DNA from: Basidiobolus meristosporus CBS 931.73
Taxonomy: Eukaryota > Fungi > Basidiobolomycota
NCBI GenBank assembly: GCA_002104905.1
Contig: MCFE01000306.1
Location: 34,937 to 98,936 of the forward strand
Direction of reading: 5' to 3'
Length of the DNA stretch: 64,000 nucleotides
A program made the translations under genes and the position numbers. Every line of letters begins with the position of its first letter. Position 1 is the stretch's first letter. A model generated the notes under the pieces. That model saw only the letters and a program-made list of their open reading frames with translations, made no database searches and had not been told where the DNA came from. This document shows, in pieces, positions 11,369 to 23,689 of this stretch.

Positions 11369-12386
11369 TGTTTTAAAAATCCGTAATTCCACCTAAATAT
11401 TCACCTAACTTAGTCACTTAGATCATTACCCTCAAATCCTAGAGAATACTGACCAAATTCCTTGTGGGATCTACTTACAATATCTTCACCAAAATGCCTG
11501 GTACCCAGAACATGAAAATTCTCAAAGTTGTCCAAACAGCCCCAAACTTTGCAAAAATACTCTTGGGAACTTTCTTAACTTATTCTACATGTTTGCTATG
11601 GCACAACCATGTAAAAGTATAAATACTACTTTTACATTCAATAAATCATCAAGTGAAAACCACATAATCTACTTGTCCTTGCAAATCAATTCCAATATCT
11701 CTAAGACTCTTACAACAGGCTATGAGCTCCAAGCTGTCCCTCTCTGCAATGTCTACTAATGCTATTATTGGAACTTTTCCCTTGGCTGAAAAGTTGGATA
11801 GATCTAGCTATCAAGTGTGGAAGGTGAAGATGAAGATGCTGCTACAAGAAAGAGGCCTTTGGGATATTGTCATGGGAGAAGAATGCCCTTCTAAAAGCAT
11901 GGGAGAGGAAGCCTTAAAATACCAGAAGAAAGAACAAGTGCCTTTAACTGCATTTGCAATAATGTCAAAGGCAAATTGCTAATTTAATGATCAACAGCAA
12001 AAATGGCAAAGAATGCCTAGAAGGCATTAGAAGACACATACCAGTCATGATCAGCTGCTAAGAAAATGTATCTGAGACAAAAATTCTTTACTACAAAGAT
12101 GCAGCCAGGAGAAGAAATGAGAACTTTATTAACAGTGTCTCCCTGCTGGTTGGTGAAATGAAATCTGTGGGTGTACCAGCTACTGATGAGGATGTGCTAG
12201 TTACCATCCTGAATAGCCTGACAGACCAGTTTCAGGGCCTTGCAGCAGCCCAGAGTCCAAAACTGATGATTTGACCTTAATTTATTTAATTGAAAGGCTC
12301 CAGGATGAAGAATTAAGAAAATCAAGCACCAATTAGAAGGAAGAAGAAAATGCTTTAATAAGCATTGCTAACCCACAACAGAGATA
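11369..12386 (+). mobile_element. Ty1/Copia family A, nested copy: 349-bp 5' LTR, PBS and degenerate gag
   Basis: LTR 11369-11717; PBS variant GGCTATGAGCTC; the gag has stops and is cut off at ~12386 by repeat X. Confidence 0.88.
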
Positions 12387-12416
12387 TGTTGTGTTGTATT
12401 ATGATTAGTTTGGGGC

Positions 12417-14280
12417 TTGTTCTACAATGTAGAGGCTAATCAACAATATACAACAGCTTCCAGTATGCTAATACTGAAATAGTTTATTGGAAGTTTGATA
12501 TACCAATAGATGATATAACTTTCACTAATTTCCTCAATCTTAGGCTCAAAATATACTGTAGGCAGTGGTTATCACTTCTACAGCAGTGTTTTGACCTTCT
12601 GTCAACTAATGGGCTTATTTACTTTTATAGTAACTTTTCCTTATTTGGAAGTCACTTTCCTTGCTGAGAAGATATTTCCTAATATGGAAATTCTGAACTC
12701 CCCTTTAACCTAAAGGGGTGTGTTGTAGAAGTCTCTAAAGGGGTCTTTAGACCTAAAGTGGTGTCTAAAGGGGTGTCTTTAGAGTAAAGGGGCTTCTTTT
12801 AATGGTCTCTAAAGTGGACTTTACACTAAAGGGGTGCCTAAAGGGGCTTCTTTAGAGTAAAGGGGTTTCTTAAAGGGGTCTCTAAAGTGATGCAGGGGAA
12901 GTCTTATAACCTTAAAACTTGTAATTGTAGTGTGGAGATTCTGGAAAGAGAGGCTCTCTCTTTATTTTTCAGCTGGGGAATTCATATATATGAAAATTTT
13001 GAAGGATCAAAGTTTTTTGGCAATTGCGCAAGCAATACATGTGATACAAAGCCAACATTTTGCAGTGGCACAGATCGGACATAGGCGCAGCACCTGTGAA
13101 AGTTTCACGTGATATGATTGGTTGGTTCAAAAGTTACACGCAATCAAAGTCACCATAGTAATCCTAGCAATAAGGCATAGTATATATAATAATTGGACTC
13201 TTTTGGTCATAACTCCTTAAGTACTGCTTCAAATGTGCTGTAATTTGAAACATGTGTTGGCTACTATGTGTTCTGTATGACATAATATTCTTGGGTGGAT
13301 TGCTTGTCAGGGTCTGGAGCATTTGTTCTTCAAAGTTGGAAATTCTTGATCTTTCACTTGTGTGTTACAATAGCAAAAAGCAAAATAAAGAAATGAGTGC
13401 AACATTGGTTTAGAGATATTGTAGTAATGGAATACTTTCCATTACCACAGAAGTAGTATAGGTGTGCAAAGTGAGTCACTACCAAATGCCTCAGTAGTAA
13501 TCTCTGTGAGAAAAAAACCCAGAAGAAGATGATGCAATCACTTTGAATTGCTATTATGTAATGATCCCAACAACCCATTTTTTTTGCAATCCAAATCAAG
13601 CCATTGCAAATCAGTGATCATCAAATTTTTGATATAAGTAATATCAAGGTTGTCTCACACTTGAGACAGAACCCCTACAAATAAACACCCTGCATATATA
13701 TACATCATCTGTAATACCAGTACAGCTATTGGATCTGTTTTGCACCTACCCAATTGCTTGCATGCTAGCTATGACATCTTGTCCAATCACTAGAATCAGG
13801 GATTTACCTGCTCAATTGGCAAAATGGGATATTTGATGGCAAATCAGGTAGCTTATTTAGTAGTCAATGAGCCAATTGGGGGATGCCAGCTTCAGGATAC
13901 TTTTGGACTAATTAACCACTAAGATACTGTCCAATGGGAGTGATGGTAACCAATATGGTAAGTATCAGTGTAGTTTATAGTGTGATACACATATATTTCC
14001 ATTTACATTAAAGAAGCATATCCAAATACCGGATTTTACCTGCCATAATAGCGGTATCCAATTGTGCACATGATGCAAACATTACAAGTTGGCGCAATCA
14101 TCCGTGCCAACCTCATTGTGTCAGATTGTGCCATAGTGTGCAAGATTGTCCCACATAGTGCAAAATCATCCAAGAACAATCCTGCCCACTGGTAGCTATA
14201 ATAATGCACCTGATTGTTCTTTACAACCGTGGATTGCACCGCGCGCCCTGGCATTGTACAATGCAACAAGTCTAAGATAC
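12417..14280 (+). repeat. Unclassified repeat family X, copy 1, containing a TAAAGGGG array at ~12711-12890
   Basis: Homologous in inverted orientation to 23690-24832 and, over ~13470-13975, to 29065-29590. Confidence 0.75.
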
Positions 14281-14711
14281 ATGTTGGTCTACTTCATGGA
14301 GGGAAAGGAAGAAGCTCCATCTAAGATCATGGAGTCTGAAGCCATGGAGGGGAGCAAAACTGGTGAAAAAATCCAGAAAATACGCTCAGATAATCCCAAT
14401 GAAAAATCTCAAACTTGAAATTCCTCTGATTTTCAGCCAGTACTCTGCTGGTATTCTAATGGTATTCAGCTGGTATTCAGCCGGTGTTTTTTGTTCAAAT
14501 ATCCAGTTGCAATTTTTGATGGAAGTAGTGGGCAGCTAATAACCGTATTTGGTATGAATCCTGGTTGGCCTGGTCTCCTCTTGGAAAACATGTCTGCTTG
14601 TCTGCCCAACTGCTAGTACATGAGATAATGCTAGTTGTCAGATTTGAGAAACCTGGAATTCAGCTGATTTTATGATAGTATTCTGCCGGCCTTTTCTTTA
14701 TTTTTTTCTTA

Positions 14712-15040
14712 GGGAATGGTGGAGAATATACCTCAAAACTCTTCATCCATTTCTGTAAAATTAATGGGATACAGCAAGAGACTACTGTACCATACTCCCT
14801 ACCACAAAATGAAGTAGCAGAACATGCACACAGATCAATAATATATATGGCAAGATCTATTATCCATCATCAAAAATTATCCTTTGATTTTTGGGGGGAA
14901 TCAGTTGCTACAGCTGTATGCCTTAAAAATAGGAATTATAACTGAATACATTGTGATTCTACTCCATTTGAACCATGGTATGGACACAGACCAAGTGCAG
15001 TGCATCTAAGAATAATTGGGTGCATAGCATATGCCAAGAA
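14712..15040 (+). mobile_element. Copia-A integrase fragment
   Basis: Matches the minus-strand integrase at ~34980-35310 (NGGEY..K.FIHFC..GI.QETTVPYS.PQN.VAE); it ends exactly at the CACTA terminus at 15041. Confidence 0.8.
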
Positions 15041-15398
15041 CACTATGAAAAATTATAAGGATGAACATGTCAAAAGGCCATTACAAAGTTAAAGTCCCAT
15101 TACTAAGAGGTACTAATCCCCTCAGGACACCATCCAGTGACCATTTAAAAATAATTGCACCCCAGATTTCACAAAAACTTGGTCAAAATTTTTCACCACA
15201 ACACTGTATAAGTTGCTTTTGATTGGTTCCCTGCCAATTTGCTCACTTTCTTATCCTGGACACTTTATTGCCTCCTACATTTATGTGCATTGATTGGCTA
15301 TTGTCACTTTTTCACACTCCTTACTTCCTGACTCAGCCATTTCTCTTACTTTTCATGCGTACCAATTGATTTATTTCCATTGAAACTTCTGTTGTACC

Positions 15399-17438
15399 TC
15401 AGTTGCCAATTGTATTGGCATAAAAGTCCCAATACCCTATACTAACATTAAGCCCAGCTCCACACTCAACAAGTAACTCCATTAAAATCCACCACTCAAT
15501 AAGTATTTCTGCTATAATGCACTGGTTCCACAACTTTGGCAGGAACCCAACTGCTTTATGCCATTGTTCATTCACTGCTTCCCACATGCCCTGGTCTTCA
15601 GCTGGCATTGCTAGGTCCAGCACCTCATCTGCCAGTCTTTGCAATAAAACCTTGCAATATTTCAGTGTGTTTTCTTGAGCTCTGCTCTTGAAGAAGTACT
15701 GCAACCTCTTCATGTGCCTATTAGTATTCCAAAGTTCCACTGAAGGCATTGTGATAGTCTTTCAAGCTCTTGAAATTGTATCCTTGTCTGTCAGTGGGAT
15801 ATCCGCTCTGTCAGTAATGGAGGATGTGGATGCTGTGGTAGACAAATTGCCTTTTTCAGCAAACTCATCTACCTTGCTGGGGTATAGCTCAACTGGCTGC
15901 GCTTCTAACAATTGTGAAAACAACTGTTTTCTTGTTGGTAATTCTTCTTGGCTATGATGAGATTCAGTCTGTTCCAGGATTGCGGTGCTAATTGGTGAGA
16001 GCTGCAGTTTCTTTTAGATGCCTCCCTGTCTCAGGCTTGGTTAGACATTTTTCCCTTTACCTTTTCCTTTATCACTGCCAGGTCTTTCACTGCTAATTTG
16101 CCTGAGTGCTGCTTGTAAAGAACTACATTTTCTTCTTGATCAGTTATGCTCTGACGCATCTTTTTTGTCCTGCTTGTCCCTTGCTGGCACTCCTCCGGCC
16201 ACCTGATGTTTCTTTTCTGCTTATTTTATTCTCTCAACTGTGGTTGTGACAGGCTCCTGTAAATGTGGCTGTTTTTTATCACTGCCAGGTCCTTCACTAC
16301 CACTTGTACTGGGTGCATCTTGAGTGGTACTACACTTTTTCCTTGATAAATGTAGTGCTGGTGCATCCATGTCTGCCTGCTTGTCCCTAATTGGCACTCT
16401 TCCAGCTACCTGGCATCTCTATGATGTTTGTCTGGAGCTTTCATCCCTGCTTGTAACAGGCTCTTGAGGAAGCCGCTGGCTTTTAGCCATGGCACCCTTG
16501 TTCTTGTCCCTTTGATAGTTTCTGCTACTCTTAAGATACTTTCTTAGCATATCAATACTGGCCCAAAATCCATTTGCCCATTTGAATTCTGGATAATGCT
16601 CATGGAACAAGTCAAGTGCATTCTGCTTGGCCTTGAGTTCCTAATGGTCCCATGGTATGCAGGCTTTAAGGTGATGGTGTGCTAGACTTCTGAAAGCCTC
16701 ATGAATGTTAGCCCACTCTTGATTATTGCACTCAATGGCTTCACAGATCTTCAATGTCTTTTGATTTCTAGGCTTTGGTAAAAACACCACAATGTCTCCC
16801 TCCCATGCTGTGATAGGTTTTTCTGTGGGCTTTATCTTTGGGCACTGTTGTTGTACTTCAAAGACTGTATGGTGTTCCTCTGCTGTTACATCAGGAAATG
16901 GCTCAATTCTTGGCTGTGACATTGAGCTACTTGAGTTCCTTCTTTGCAGCATATATACTGCTTTCTCTACCTGGAATATTGATTGATCTATATGTATTAT
17001 CCACTCATCCTGCTTCTAGAATATTTCCTGATTTCTCTGGGCCATTTCATCTATCCTATTGGCCACTGCACCTAATTGCTTCATTAATGCTTCAGTACAA
17101 GCTGACAACATACTTGCTAATATGGGTGGTGGTGATGCTATGATGGCCACTTGCTGGTCTTCAACTGAGGGTACTGCGTTTGCTACATTCTCATCTGCCT
17201 GAGCATAACAGTCAGCTTGTGGCTCCACAGAGGTTCTCAACTGCTTACTTGACTGAGAGCCTGAGGAGCCCACATTATTGCCTCCAATGGGCACACTGTC
17301 CACAGGGCCTTTTTTGGATGTAGCCCTGCTTGTTGCACTGAATGTCAAAGCAAGCTGTTGTCCAATTGTTCTTTTGCTACTGTCAGTGGTGGGGTTTGGT
17401 TGGAAACCAGACAACTTTGCTTTATTTCTTGGCAGCAT
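15399..17438 (-). pseudogene. Probable accessory (second) gene of the CACTA element, fragmented
   Basis: Successive minus-strand ORF pieces (17016-17438, 16641-16952, 16419-16610, 15399-15749) lie inside the TIRs. It contains an in-frame duplication with a 207-bp period; part is repeated at 32200-32629. Confidence 0.5.
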
Positions 17439-17566
17439 ATATACTAAAGTAAGTCAAAACAAAGGGGAAATAGTGTTACATATATGTGTGTATGTGGTGC
17501 CACAACTTTACTTATAAAGCTTACTATGGTGGGTCATCATTAAATCCTACATTCATGTGGGTGCAA

Positions 17567-17968
17567 TAGACTTGCTCCATTGGATAGTGCCACATTGAGC
17601 CATGACTACCAAATGATGCCATAGTGTGCCAGGGAGGCCAAGTGAGCCTATACTTGGCCATAGAGTGTGAAACATAGATCTGCATCTTCATGCAAAGCAG
17701 CCCCTTTGTTTCACCAAAGATGCAGGAGAAAATCCATTTTTTGACATTTTTTTGTGGATCTATATTGTGCAGGATGTGTAAGAGCACTAAAGGATTGAAG
17801 ATATACATCTGATACTCAATACCCATGGCACTCTGAATCTAGCTCCTGTGGCTTGTAACATGTCACAAAAATGCATGGCACTATATTGGCCCACTGGTAC
17901 TATCTGGCACTATATGTGCTTTGTATTGATCTTACTTTAGTGCTAATATTTAAATATAGTGCCGGATA
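17567..17968. mobile_element. Foldback/MITE family F, partial copy (left arm, spacer and start of right arm)
   Basis: Begins TA-GACTTG; colinear with 37592-38000. Confidence 0.8.
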
Positions 17969-18399
17969 TGTTAAGTTCATGTGAGTATTGACCAAAAAGT
18001 GATATAATAATGTTACATTGTTGAAGGTCAAACTGCTTGCTCCATGGACAAGACTACTTTGACCCAATGCTGTAAGAGAAGAGAAAAAAGACCATGTGGC
18101 TATTGTGGCAAGCCTCTCAGCCATGAAGCATGCAGACAGCATATGAAGTATTACAAGGATCATGGCTAGTGTTTTGCCACACAAGTCATATTTGACCATT
18201 AATTGTTCACTACTGTACCAAGATTATCTTGCCAGCCTGTTGATACTTCTATATTGGTACCTGGCTGTCTTTGTCACCTTGTGCAAACTGAGTAAGGTGA
18301 GTTTGTGATGCCTTTAGGCTCACCTCAGCCTTCCAAATATGGCATGCAGAGTGATAGCTCTGGCAAAGAAGGTTCACTGATGGATTGTGAGCCTATCTC

Positions 18400-20560
18400 C
18401 CCTTACAACAGTGCCACACATGAGCCCAGTCAAATACCTATATGCAATGAGACTACACCCATTGAAACAAATGCCAATGATGCTTTATAGAGCCAAGTGA
18501 GCTCAGTAATCCATCTACTGGTGAATGATGTAATGCTGTGGCTATGGATGTGGTGTGTTTCCACCAATATCAGTAATGGAGGCTTTGGGGATATATTACT
18601 ACTTCTTGCTAAAATCTTACCAGGATGCAACTTACCATGTACATGGTACAAGTGGACAACTGTCATGCGGCTGGCAACATATGATCCAGCAACTGTCCTG
18701 ATTCCAGCATGTGTCAATAGTTGCATGGCATCCCCATCCAAAAATGGTACCATTGCAACATGTCCAAGTTGTCAAGAATCCACCACCATTGAGGGAAAAC
18801 ATTACTCACACTCCACATATATTCTGGTCATACCATATCTGAGGAAGCTGATGCAGTCCAACAAATAATGCAAAGCTATACAGTATTTAATGGCAAACAT
18901 TACAATCAGCTAAGAAGCAAGGGCAACTTTGAGGGTATGTATGATCATGCCTTTGCCTCAGCACTTAACGGATTGTCATTAAGCAAGTACTCTACCAGCA
19001 AATCCTGCAGGCCACTGATTCTCATCATTTTGAATCTGCAGCCCATTTATGGTATTAAGGCCATAATCTGATAGTAGTCTCACTGGTATCTGGGCCTAAA
19101 TCACCATCCAACCTGGATAGCTACCTGTGTCCATTGCTGGATGAATTTTGTAGGCTTTCCAGAAGGATAACAGTAAATGGCTGTCATGTAAAAGCACATA
19201 CTATTATATGCATTGGAGACACCCCAGCCATCAGCAAGATAGCAGGTTTATTTGAGCACAATGGACAGAGTTGCTGTCAAGTTTGTGAGATCCAGGAAGT
19301 TTACTCCATAACTCACACACATTATTATTACCATAACACTAACACTAAAAACATCTTCTTTCCACAGAGAGATTGTACAGAAGTCAGCATGCAATTGCAG
19401 CAAAGTCGGCAAGCTATAAGCCATTAGCTAAAGTATAGGATCAATTGAGAACCAGGGATACCTAAGATAGAGGGTATCAGTCGGAGCAAAAGCTTTCCAC
19501 TGGGAGCAACTCATTTGCTATTCATCAATATCCCTATACTGATGACCAAGTTGTGCATGGGGCATTTCAAGCTAAATGAGCCCTTCAATATACCAGAGAA
19601 ATTTGAAAGAATTGGAAAGATATTACAGAGTATCCACAACCTTAAGTACTTCTCATGGGCCCCAATTAATATTCATATGCATATTTAACAATACAAGAGC
19701 AAAGACTGGATGAACTAGATATTTATTTTTTTGAGTAGTGTTCTGAAGCCTTTCCTACCAAGAGTACATTGGAAGCATTAGGAGTCATATGTGGACATTG
19801 TAGGAATATTTATCCAGAAGTGGATCAACAATGCCAACTTGTTGCATCTACAGCTGTCATGCAAGGAGTTTGTGACAGGATTTGAGCAGCTGTACTACAA
19901 ACAAAAAGCTGAACATGTAGATCTCTGCTACAACTGTATCCATTCTCTGCTCCATCTTGTATGATGTGTGGAGAATATTGGGCCTTGCTTCATCTGTTGT
20001 GAGCTTAGTATGGCACAGATGTGCAGGGAAATAGGAAGAAAAGTCAAAATGCAGGTACTACCATATCCCAATCTCATCAAGAATATTACCTTCAAGTCTG
20101 CCCTGGATGTGATGAGCTGGCACATGAAGACACCCATGCCTATGGCATTAAGAAGCTTAACAGCCCCAATGCGTGGGTAATCAGTTAAGTAATGCAAAGT
20201 TGGGCTGGGTGCAACTAGAAACTAATTTCTATTGGGAAATTTCTACCAAGGTATGCCTGATTTCTCTTGGTCACAAGACAACTTCTACACCATTCAATAC
20301 AGTATTCACACAAACAAAAGCCAGAGTAAACTTATAAGGGGAACTAGAATCCAGAGGGGAGAAGGAATATATTGGCTAAATATCAAGAAGTTCTTGGCAG
20401 ATATTCAGGAGGTGTTCATGGCAGAATTGGCAACAACCAAGCTTATGTTTGCAAGATGCATTTGTTGCCAGTAGTACAAGGTATATGGCAACTTTGCAAG
20501 TAGCACACTAAAAAGCCGTAGAGTTAGGTAATAGAAGTCTGTAAATTGTGGCAGGTGTGC
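18400..20560 (+). pseudogene. CACTA Tnp2-family transposase pseudogene
   Basis: Motifs CVNSCMA...CPSCQE, YDHAFA..L.G...ST.KSC.PLIL..LNL.P, GPKSP.NLDSYL.PLLDEF, IGDTPAISK.AG..EHNG.S.CQ.C; many stops and frameshifts. Confidence 0.85.
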
Positions 20561-22414
20561 CCATTTGTAGAGGTCAGTAAGCAGGAGGCCATAGTTTTTT
20601 TGATTTGAACTATATGTGGAATACCCAAGGTAGTAGTGAGTAAGCAAATAAAGAGGGGTGATTCTACAGCGGAATATATAAATTCCACAAGGGGAGGTAG
20701 AAAAGGAAGTACAATTTGGTAAATTGATATGGTAGCATCATACAGAACCAGCTGTAGGCCATCATACTGCCAATATAGTGCCATCAGAGTCTTACTGTGA
20801 GGCTGTCAAATACCGTCAAGCTTCTTGCCATATAAGGCAATTGGATGTCCTGGCTGGCTGGTCCCACTTAAAATAGTTGTAGAGTGCTAAAAGATTGCAA
20901 TAGAACCATGCAATTATTGTCACAGCACCAATTAAATCTTGTCAAGTTTTATCCCTTTATTTGGCTGTAATATTAGCAAAACACCATCATGATCCTGTAA
21001 TAAGATTGTTAAGAAGGTCACTAATTCCAAGCTGCTGGTATTACAATGGTCTCTAAATGGGATCCTGATGGCTGAACTAAATTGGATCCACCTGCAGGAC
21101 CAAATTATTTTTCATAGGGATTCTCCAGGGCTTCTTTGATAATTCCAATTTCATCTTGGTAACCAGAAATAACTTCAAGGAGTTCATCTCTACAATGGTT
21201 GTCAGATCTTATCTGGGCAAGGTCTGAGTGTTCAAGCATCAAGGTGTTTCTTTCATGAATGATGTTTTCAAGCTGAACTGTAAGCTTTAGCAGATATCTT
21301 TGAGCTTCTTCCAACATAGAAAGATTTGAATTGCTTGCAGCTGAGGATATCTTGTAAATGGTTGAATGTAATGAAATTCAACACTAGAAATAGAGTATCC
21401 AAGAGAAAAGTGTAATTAAATTCCTGGATTGTTTGACTGAACCTCAGTGACAACTAAGTGCAGAATCATAGAATTGTCACAGAGTGATGGAAATATATGC
21501 AGAGAATTTCTGGCCTAATATTGGTCTTGTATACAGCTGGGTTTGGCAATAAAGGCAAAGGAGTTAGTTTGCTATGCAAGGTAGGCTCAGTGCTCTTGGG
21601 AGTGCTAGATATGCTAGGCTGGAGTGGAAACCAGAATGGAATTGTTGAATTCTTATTTTTGCTAAGACATAATCTTGAATGCATCAAGACACACCCTAAG
21701 CCAAAAGGTTCAGTGAACTTTATTTATACATATCTGATCAAGTCCTATAGTAAGTGCCAAGACACTGGACTAATTGAACTCTGTTGGGGTGCTCATAGGT
21801 GCATAAGACAAATGAGAAATTGTATCATTATTCAGCTGATGTCTTAGCAACTGCTAAGTGTTGGGATAGATCTCAGATGACTGATCACTTGAAAAGACTT
21901 ATCAGATCAGTTGAGGTTATAATAACCATATGAAAGCTGATCAGGTGTGACAGCTAAAAATAGATTCTGAGCAGTGATAAATAAACCAGAATTGGGATTA
22001 ATTATATATGCATTACAAATAATCAGTTAGGAAACAGAATTCCTAACAGAGTAAAATAAGCCAAGTTTTAAGTGTTATTGCACAACAATATGTTTCTTCT
22101 CTCTACTGGATTTGAGGCCCTCTTATAAGCGTGCTTTGGTTCTTGTTTGAATGAATCCCCCAATGAATAGTGTAGAAACTGGCCTTTAACCAGGAGAAGC
22201 CCAATATATTTTGTTAAAGTTACCCTAATAAAAATTGATGGCTTGTTGAAACCAGCCTGACCTTGCATCACATAACTGGTTAGCAACACATTGGGGCTGC
22301 TTGACTTACAGATGTCAAGGACATTAGTGTCTCCATGTGCACATCTGCCCTCTGTATTTGCCAACACTTACTGGCTGTCCTTCATGTGTCTACTCATCAT
22401 ATCCATCACTAGAT

Positions 22415-23450
22415 CACTATAAAATAAATTCTGTCTTGCAGGTGGATCCAATCCAGATTAGCCATCTGGATCCTGCAAAGAGTCCATCATAATGCTCCCA
22501 ACCTGAAAATATTGACCCTCCACATAATCTTATGACAGGATTGTGACAGCATTTTATTGAGTGTACTGCTAAATAAAGTTCAAAATATGACAGTGCTTAA
22601 GCAGTCTTTAGAGAAGATTTGAAGGGCATTTTGATGGTCTTAATGCCCTCTGAATTTACCTGCGCATTCCTAACCAGCCAACACATCCTATGCCTTATAT
22701 GGCAAGAAAGCTGACTGTTCTGATGGCCTCATTGCAAACCTCCACTGGCATTATAATGACAATATGGTGGCCTACTCTAGTTCTGTATAATACCACTGTA
22801 CCAATATATTTTTTTGCTCTGCTGGATTATGTTCCCCATTATAGGTGTGCTGTGGCTCTTGAGGCTGCTTGGCTTCTCAGTGCCAAAGGCATAGGTGTCT
22901 CCACATGCATTTCTGTCCTCCATATCTTCAAACTCTTCCTGGCTGTTGTCCATATGATGACTCATCACATCCATGACAGACTTTAAGGTAATATTCTTAA
23001 TGAGATTGGGATATGGTAGCATGTGCAACTTGACATGTCTTCCTATTGACACAGTGATAGCAGAGATCTACATATTTGGCCTCATACTTTTAGTATAGCT
23101 GCTCAAATCTCTTTACAAACTCCTTGCATAAAAGCTACAGATGCATCAAGTTGGCATTGGTGATATACCTCTGGACAAATATTCCCACAATGCCAACTTA
23201 TAACTCCCAATGCTTCCAGTGTACTCTTGGTAGAAATGGCTTATGAAGGCCACTTGAAAAAGTATATGTCCAGTCTGGAGACTGTGTGAAGTACTTTGGG
23301 TAGCAGATGATCTGTAATAGCTTGCCAATTCTTTCAAATTTCTCTGATATCTCAAAGAGCTCATTCAGCTTGAAATACCCCATATACAACTTGGTCATTG
23401 ATACAGCAATATTTTTGAAAAGCAAATGCATTGCTCCAAGGGCAAAGCTT
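22415..23450 (-). mobile_element. CACTA copy 2: 3' TIR and C-terminal Tnp2 fragment
   Basis: CACTATAAAATAAATTCTGTCTTGCAGGTGGATCC at 22415 matches the reverse complement of the right end of copy 1. MHLLFKNIAVSMTKLYMGYFKLNE is homologous to 19500-19620. Confidence 0.78.
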
Positions 23451-23689
23451 TACATATAGATCAATACAATGGCCAATTGAGGTACAACTAAAGTTTGAAT
23501 AGAAACAAGTCTACTTATAGACACAAAAAGTAAGAAGATTGGTTTTACCTGGAAGTAAGTAGCTTGAACAAGAGAAAATAGCCAATCATAGTATACAAAT
23601 GCTGGAGGTGATTGAGTGTTCAGGATCAAAGAGTGAGAAGATTAGCAGAAGACCAATCAAAAACCACTTATGCATCAGACTTATTTGGT

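Larger units (their letters stand above)
15041..21119 (+). mobile_element. CACTA/En-Spm (CMC) DNA transposon with both TIRs, degenerate
   Basis: Left end CACTATGAAAAATTAT (15041-15056); right end reverse complement CCCTATGAAAAATAAT (21104-21119), a 14/16 match. It encloses a Tnp2-like pseudogene (+) and a divergent second gene (-). No matching 3-bp TSD (GAA vs ATT). Confidence 0.75.

Noticed and set aside
12700-12895. CRISPR-like array
   Set aside because: Repeats are 8 nt with irregular short spacers, in a eukaryotic context with no cas genes.
12417-21119. Repeat X as the 5' terminus of one giant CACTA element
   Set aside because: A proper CACTA TIR at 15041 matches the one at 21119, so X lies outside the element.
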